Below are positions 60,101 to 64,000 of a DNA stretch of 64,000 nucleotides, piece by piece. This stretch comes from Takakia lepidozioides (lineage: Eukaryota > Plantae > Bryophyta): the NCBI GenBank assembly GCA_030704615.1, contig CM060733.1:12772001-12836000 (forward strand). Direction: 5' to 3'. Each line of letters opens with the position of its first letter. The stretch's first letter is position 1. The notes beneath the pieces are model-generated. The model did not search any database. It was not told the origin of the DNA and saw only the letters and a list, made by a program, of their open reading frames with translations. A program made the translations under genes and the position numbers.

Positions 60101-60345
60101 CCTATCACAGCCCATCAAGGCAAAGCACAGCCTATCACAGCCTATCACGACGTGACACAGCCTATCACAGCCCAGCACGGCGCAACACAGCCTATCACAG
60201 CCCATCACGACGTGACACAGCCTATCACAGCCCAGCAAGGCGCAACACAGCCTATCACAGCCCAGCACGGCGCAACACAACCTATCACAGCGTGTCACAG
60301 CCTATCACAGCTTACCACAGTGCATCACAGCCTATCACAGCGTAA
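57115..60345 (+). CDS. pol: Pol: reverse transcriptase, RNase H, integrase
   Basis: MDGFSGYNQ, FLDD, CDAS, H-x6-H...CQKCDEC, DFVGP, SDQG, QAE, GPY. Confidence 0.95.
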   Translation: MSLQDEVVTGWTITADEQVREVNVGTKEEPRMVKVGADLEPEFFEEAKSLFIKYRDVFAWSYEDLKGIPPEVCQHKIELEPGSVPIKQARYRMNPNYAQKVGEEIKKLAEAKFIYPIEYTTWLSPIVIVPKKNGKLRVCVNYKKLNACTKKDPFPLPFTEAVLDTVAGHEMYSFMDGFSGYNQVQVAEEDQGKTAFITDWGAYAYKVMPFGLCNAPATFQRVISESFHEYLDDFMQVFLDDFSVYSSKSEHLHKLELCLARCRMRGLGLNPEKCTFCVNSGVLLGHIVCKKGLLVDPRKTESIKASPPPVNVKSLRRFLGQTSYYRRFVKRYAQIAAPLSKLLKKDAVFAWTAECQQAFEELTLSVTTTPVLINPHWHVVFHVHCDASGEALGAVLAQNVTGNIDSPVYYASRLMNSAERNYSTTEREALAMIYAVKKFRHYLLGRKFMFYVDHQALIYLVNKPLISGRIARWLIILHEFEFEVIYKPGRLHLVADHLSRLTTGEAATGVDDQLPDASLFVMEVQGSADEWLDWQWPIRYYLAHGQCPPSYGKEQRKRIAIKALPYTMVGSRMYKLGPDGVLKRCLYHHEVNKVLAEVHKGVAGGHFGEETTSRKILLAGYWWPTLFKDVHEYCQKCDECQRLGPLQRSGRMALHPTMPTEPFQKWGLDFVGPINPPSKNTRNRYIITATDYTTKWVEAKALRDNTAKSTARFLYENILTRFGCPLEFISDQGSHFMNETIELLTKEFMIVHRKSTTYYPQGNGQAEATNKILCTILAKIVNANRTDWDTKLLTALWSYRTSYKVTTKYTPFQLVYGMEALLPVEFLLPTMRTEWGKRMELQDSIKVRKHELYHVEEVRADAADNMTRIQMKRKEQFDEGKLKTFKTGDLVLWLQKKGKIQASKLKSPWKGPYVIQKMYDNNTAMLQTINKEMLGRVNANKLKGYSGIHDKPLQHDLHVEPQEQSRAAPVLRTEYGTLVARPSIYDQGGQNKRDTSYHSPSRQSTAYHSLSRRDTAYHSPARRNTAYHSPSRRDTAYHSPARRNTAYHSPARRNTTYHSVSQPITAYHSASQPITA

Positions 60346-60385
60346 CACAGTATGACACAGCCTGTCACAGCTCAACACAGCCTAC
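60093..60385 (+). repeat. 30-bp tandem repeat translated as a TAYHSPARRN-type tail on integrase
   Basis: Units of ACACAGCCTATCACAGCCCAGCACGGCGCA. Confidence 0.88.
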
Positions 60386-60769
60386 TAAAGTTACACGATC
60401 CATAGAATCAGTGACAAGTGGACACATAATAACTTCAGGAAAATGGCTGACGGAAGAGGAAACGGAAAAAATAGACACGTGGAGGTCGGGGCGCGACACA
60501 CAGCCGAGAAGGAAGTGCAAGAACAGGTGTCAAAAAGAAAGAAGACAAGAACGGCCGTCAAAAGGGATGAAAGGCGGGCCCATTAATGAGTACGGGAAAA
60601 GGGAAACGGAACGAACGGCAAGTACAGAAAAGCCGAATTCTTGTCACATGTGTGATCCTAGTGGACTATCCAACAGGGAAAGTCCACTAAAGAAGATAAA
60701 ATCTAAAATCCAGTCACAGCGGATACAGCCAATAGAAAACCAGAGAAAGGATCAAGAAAATGGAGGGAA

Positions 60770-61723
60770 ATGAGCGCAAGAGGCGGCGTCGTTCTGAGTA
60801 ACGGGCGTCTCGACAGGACAGACCATCAATGCTATACCTTGGAAACTATGGAGGAACTAACAGACTATACGCTCGCAATATTACTTACGCAGTGGCATAG
60901 ACACGAAAGGACAGAGCGGAGCTTTTCTCTTGAGCGATGCTTGCAAGCCCCGCAGGCTTACAAGAAATTACCCATAGCTTTCTGCGACAACCATACGTTT
61001 ATGCTTTGTGCACTACAGGCATTCCTGCAGTTGTTACAGCCAAAACAGTTCTGTGAGTCTAAAATGAAGAGAGTGAGAGGAATGGAGGAAATCAGGGTGA
61101 AGAGCACCACAATTCTGCAGAAACAAACGATTGCTACCCCACAGGCGATACAGATACTGGAGGAGCTGAGATTGCAAGGATTGCAAAGCCTAGATTGGAC
61201 ACTACACCATAGACAGTACATGTTACAATTTTTGCAGAACTTTGAGCCAAGGACAGGAACAACAACGGTGAAGGGAGTTGAATTAATGATTACTCCCCTA
61301 TACCTCCAGCAATTGTTTCGATTACCAGCAGGTCAGGTGCATGTGGAGCAACACAGGGCAAGACTGCAAATAGAGGACTTATTCCAAGAAGGGAGTTTCT
61401 TTAAAACTCAGGGTTATGCTTGTACCAAGGCTGTGTACCCAGGGTTAAAAGAGGTAGGCCAGGTATTGAACGTTCTGATTGCCATGAAACAGAACCAACA
61501 GTATTTGAGCAGATCCTTCACGGAGGAAATACTCAAAGGCCTGAAGTTACGTGAGGTACAATGGGCGGACATAATGTACAACGCACTGGTAGAGGAGATG
61601 AAAAGATTACAAGGTACTACCGCAAAGTCTCCTATAATAGTGTCTGGCCCAATCATTGCTCAAATAATCCTTGATTCTGGCATACTTAATGCGCAAGAAA
61701 TGAAAGGAAATGGGAGTGTTTGA
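60770..61723 (+). CDS. Extra ORF downstream of pol, part 1 (317 aa)
   Basis: Intact ORF overlapping the start of the next one. Confidence 0.65.
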   Translation: MSARGGVVLSNGRLDRTDHQCYTLETMEELTDYTLAILLTQWHRHERTERSFSLERCLQAPQAYKKLPIAFCDNHTFMLCALQAFLQLLQPKQFCESKMKRVRGMEEIRVKSTTILQKQTIATPQAIQILEELRLQGLQSLDWTLHHRQYMLQFLQNFEPRTGTTTVKGVELMITPLYLQQLFRLPAGQVHVEQHRARLQIEDLFQEGSFFKTQGYACTKAVYPGLKEVGQVLNVLIAMKQNQQYLSRSFTEEILKGLKLREVQWADIMYNALVEEMKRLQGTTAKSPIIVSGPIIAQIILDSGILNAQEMKGNGSV

Positions 61724-64000
61724 GCCAGAAACAACTGCAATGGAAGAGCAAGGCTCTTCACATAGTGAGGGTGGACTAGCAGGGCAACCCGAGACTAAGA
61801 GGCAGAGACGGGGAAAGACTGTAGTGGCGGATCCACTGGCTTCACGGATTCCGCATGATAATGTTTCCCAAGCTCATGGCCAGGAAGGGGCACAGCAGCA
61901 CAGAGAAATGCTATTACTGGAAGCAGGACCTTCGGAGAGGGAGGAGGAAGTTACTTCTGCATCACAACCATCACAGCCACCTGAACGACTTGTCACAAGG
62001 TCACAAGTTATCCATGCAGCTCAACCAGAAATAATTGATTTGGAAAGTGAAGGGTTAGATATTCCAACTACAGAACAGATAGTGGCAGAAATAGAGAAGG
62101 GGGACCTTCTCTATGAATATTCTGGTCTGGTCAAGGAGACAGAAATCCCAGAGGTGCAACAGTTGCCCAAGGGAAATCCTGAGGTGCATATAATACACAC
62201 ACCTGTGTCGGAGGTACCACAGGCGGAAGGTCATGACACTGTAGCACCGGTGATAGATGAAGTAGTTCAGGAAGAAAATCCGGTGGGACAATGGCCTGAA
62301 TGGTTAGTGAGACATCACACTGTTGAAGATCAGGAGGAACAGCAGCAACCTCACCATGATGACCCTCAACAGGCAATGCTGATGAGTTCCATAGGCAGGA
62401 CACTTAATTTGTTGGGGACTTATGTCAAATCCCATGTTCCAATTACCCAATTGACAGCCTTGAAAGAGGAACTCAGGAAGGAGTTTGAGGCTCGACTTGC
62501 CACTGAGTGTGCAAACAAGGTCGATGAAGAGGTCACTCTCAAGATGAAGCAGGACTTGGGAAATACAGAAATGGCTTTGCAATTGGCCAAGCAACAATTG
62601 ATTGAGGCAGGCCTCGCGCAAGACCAGTTGCACGAAGCACATAAGCAACAGCTATATCAAATGCAGGTGCAGCATGAAAGCAAGTTGCAAGAACTGAATG
62701 CACTACATACGGAGTTGCAGACAGTGCATAACAGGATGGCGATACAATGTGCTACATTCACAACTATGCTTGACCAATCTACAAAAGAAATAAACAGTCA
62801 AGCGGAAAAATGTACGAAGGCAGAAGAAGAGAATGTTGAGCAAATGAAGCTCATTGTAGATATGAAGAATACAATCTGTCGCAATGAAGATACTTTCAAG
62901 CAATACAGGCAGATTGAAGCTGATCAAGAGAAGCACATCGTGGAGTTGCAACAAACCATCATGGCCAATAGAAATGAAATCGCGGTCAATAACAAGGCTT
63001 GGAAGGAAGCCAATAATCTACTTGCTGCTTATGCGCAATTGGTTGAACCTCAGGCGAAGCGCATGGAGGCTTTACAACAGCAGTTGGAATTGTACAAGCT
63101 AAGAGAGGAGCAAACTCTCAGGGGAACCACAAGCAACTTGGTGGATAACAGCCTTATGCAGGTCTGGTTAGCACAAGGGCCAGTAGAGGGCAAAGCACCA
63201 CGGAAGCTCACCCAAAGCGAGATGAATGAGCTCAGGCTGCAGGTGCAGAACATTGCCACAACTACTATAGACAGTGTCTATAGTAGGATAGCAGAGTTAC
63301 AAGAGGATGTAGACGGACTCCAGACTCAAGTGGAAGACCTCACTTCAAACATCGACCAAAGAGTCTGTATCCCTCAGGAACAGCTAATGGCTTCTTATTT
63401 ACAAGCCAGAACTTTGGCTTTTCAGTCTTCACAGGAGGTGCAGGAGATGCCAATGATACAAGAGCCAGTACCACCACCACCACAACAAGTCACTGTACCA
63501 GTAGCTGAACCTGTGGTTACTACAACCACACCACAGCCACCACAGCAGGAGGTATGGGGCAATGCCGCTTTTAACCCACCTAAAACTCCAGCTGCAAGGG
63601 AGTACAGTAGGGCTATGATTATGCCCTTCAACCAAATTCCCATCATGTTGGATTTGGCTTGGAAAGAATTTAGTCCTCCGCAGTCATTCGCACATTACTA
63701 CCAAATCATGCGTATTTGGCTGCCAGTGGCAACTAGGACTAAGGTTCTTCCGAACAATCGACACATTGAAGATCATCACTTTGCACAATACTGGCACGAG
63801 GCAGGTACCATGTTGAGGGAATTGATTGCTTTCCAGGTTGTACATGGACTCATTTATACCAAGACCAAGGAGATAGCAAGTATTGTCATGGGGTGCGGGT
63901 TATACTACGCTGCTTGTTTTCTGGTACGTTACCACATTGAGCAACAAAAGATGCAAACACGCTTTCAAAGTTATTCCAGTGGAGATCATTGGGTATTACC
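61710..64000 (+). CDS. Extra ORF downstream of pol, part 2: >760 aa, acidic then coiled-coil; absent from the ORF track because it runs off the window
   Basis: Hand translation MGVFEPETTAMEEQ...LKEELRKEFEARL...RIAELQEDVDGLQTQVEDL... is open to the window end. Confidence 0.75.
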   Translation, partial: MGVFEPETTAMEEQGSSHSEGGLAGQPETKRQRRGKTVVADPLASRIPHDNVSQAHGQEGAQQHREMLLLEAGPSEREEEVTSASQPSQPPERLVTRSQVIHAAQPEIIDLESEGLDIPTTEQIVAEIEKGDLLYEYSGLVKETEIPEVQQLPKGNPEVHIIHTPVSEVPQAEGHDTVAPVIDEVVQEENPVGQWPEWLVRHHTVEDQEEQQQPHHDDPQQAMLMSSIGRTLNLLGTYVKSHVPITQLTALKEELRKEFEARLATECANKVDEEVTLKMKQDLGNTEMALQLAKQQLIEAGLAQDQLHEAHKQQLYQMQVQHESKLQELNALHTELQTVHNRMAIQCATFTTMLDQSTKEINSQAEKCTKAEEENVEQMKLIVDMKNTICRNEDTFKQYRQIEADQEKHIVELQQTIMANRNEIAVNNKAWKEANNLLAAYAQLVEPQAKRMEALQQQLELYKLREEQTLRGTTSNLVDNSLMQVWLAQGPVEGKAPRKLTQSEMNELRLQVQNIATTTIDSVYSRIAELQEDVDGLQTQVEDLTSNIDQRVCIPQEQLMASYLQARTLAFQSSQEVQEMPMIQEPVPPPPQQVTVPVAEPVVTTTTPQPPQQEVWGNAAFNPPKTPAAREYSRAMIMPFNQIPIMLDLAWKEFSPPQSFAHYYQIMRIWLPVATRTKVLPNNRHIEDHHFAQYWHEAGTMLRELIAFQVVHGLIYTKTKEIASIVMGCGLYYAACFLVRYHIEQQKMQTRFQSYSSGDHWVL

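Larger units (their letters stand above)
52251..64000 (+). mobile_element. Ty3/gypsy non-chromovirus family A, right copy; continues past the window end
   Basis: Starts with TG at the break in the B LTR; contains ORF0, gag, protease, RT-RH-INT and 3' extra ORFs. Confidence 0.93.

Overview
Repeat-dense eukaryotic DNA, almost certainly from a land plant (PLS-class PPR fragments, plant-type Ty3/gypsy elements, tRNA-iMet primer-binding sites, spliceosomal introns). I found no intact host gene; the window is a stack of nested transposons. Left: a very young non-autonomous LTR element carrying gag and PPR fragments (<1-6198, -), inserted into a truncated Ty3/gypsy family-A copy (6199-10323, -). This is followed by AT-rich DNA containing four diverged copies of a hairpin-bearing repeat. 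Centre: a large decayed Mutator-like element Y (~17086 to >45925) with a complete 14,454-bp relative, X (22564-37017; TIRs, 8-bp TSD CTGTTAGA), inserted into it. X and Y share an unusual layout. A GCM-like/DDE/SWIM transposase on + is transcribed divergently from a multi-exon gene on - encoding a beta-class amino-(N6mA/N4mC)-methyltransferase-like domain; in X this is fused to a ParB/Srx domain. Each element has non-coding arrays of its own CG-rich palindrome (X core CGGCGCCG, Y core CGCCGGCG). Y also carries a 45-bp antisense copy of X transposase sequence between two direct repeats. Right: a chromovirus (45926-52250) whose 3' LTR is interrupted by a second family-A copy (52251 to >64000) with extra ORFs before gag and after pol. 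All domain calls are from motifs read by eye, not database searches.
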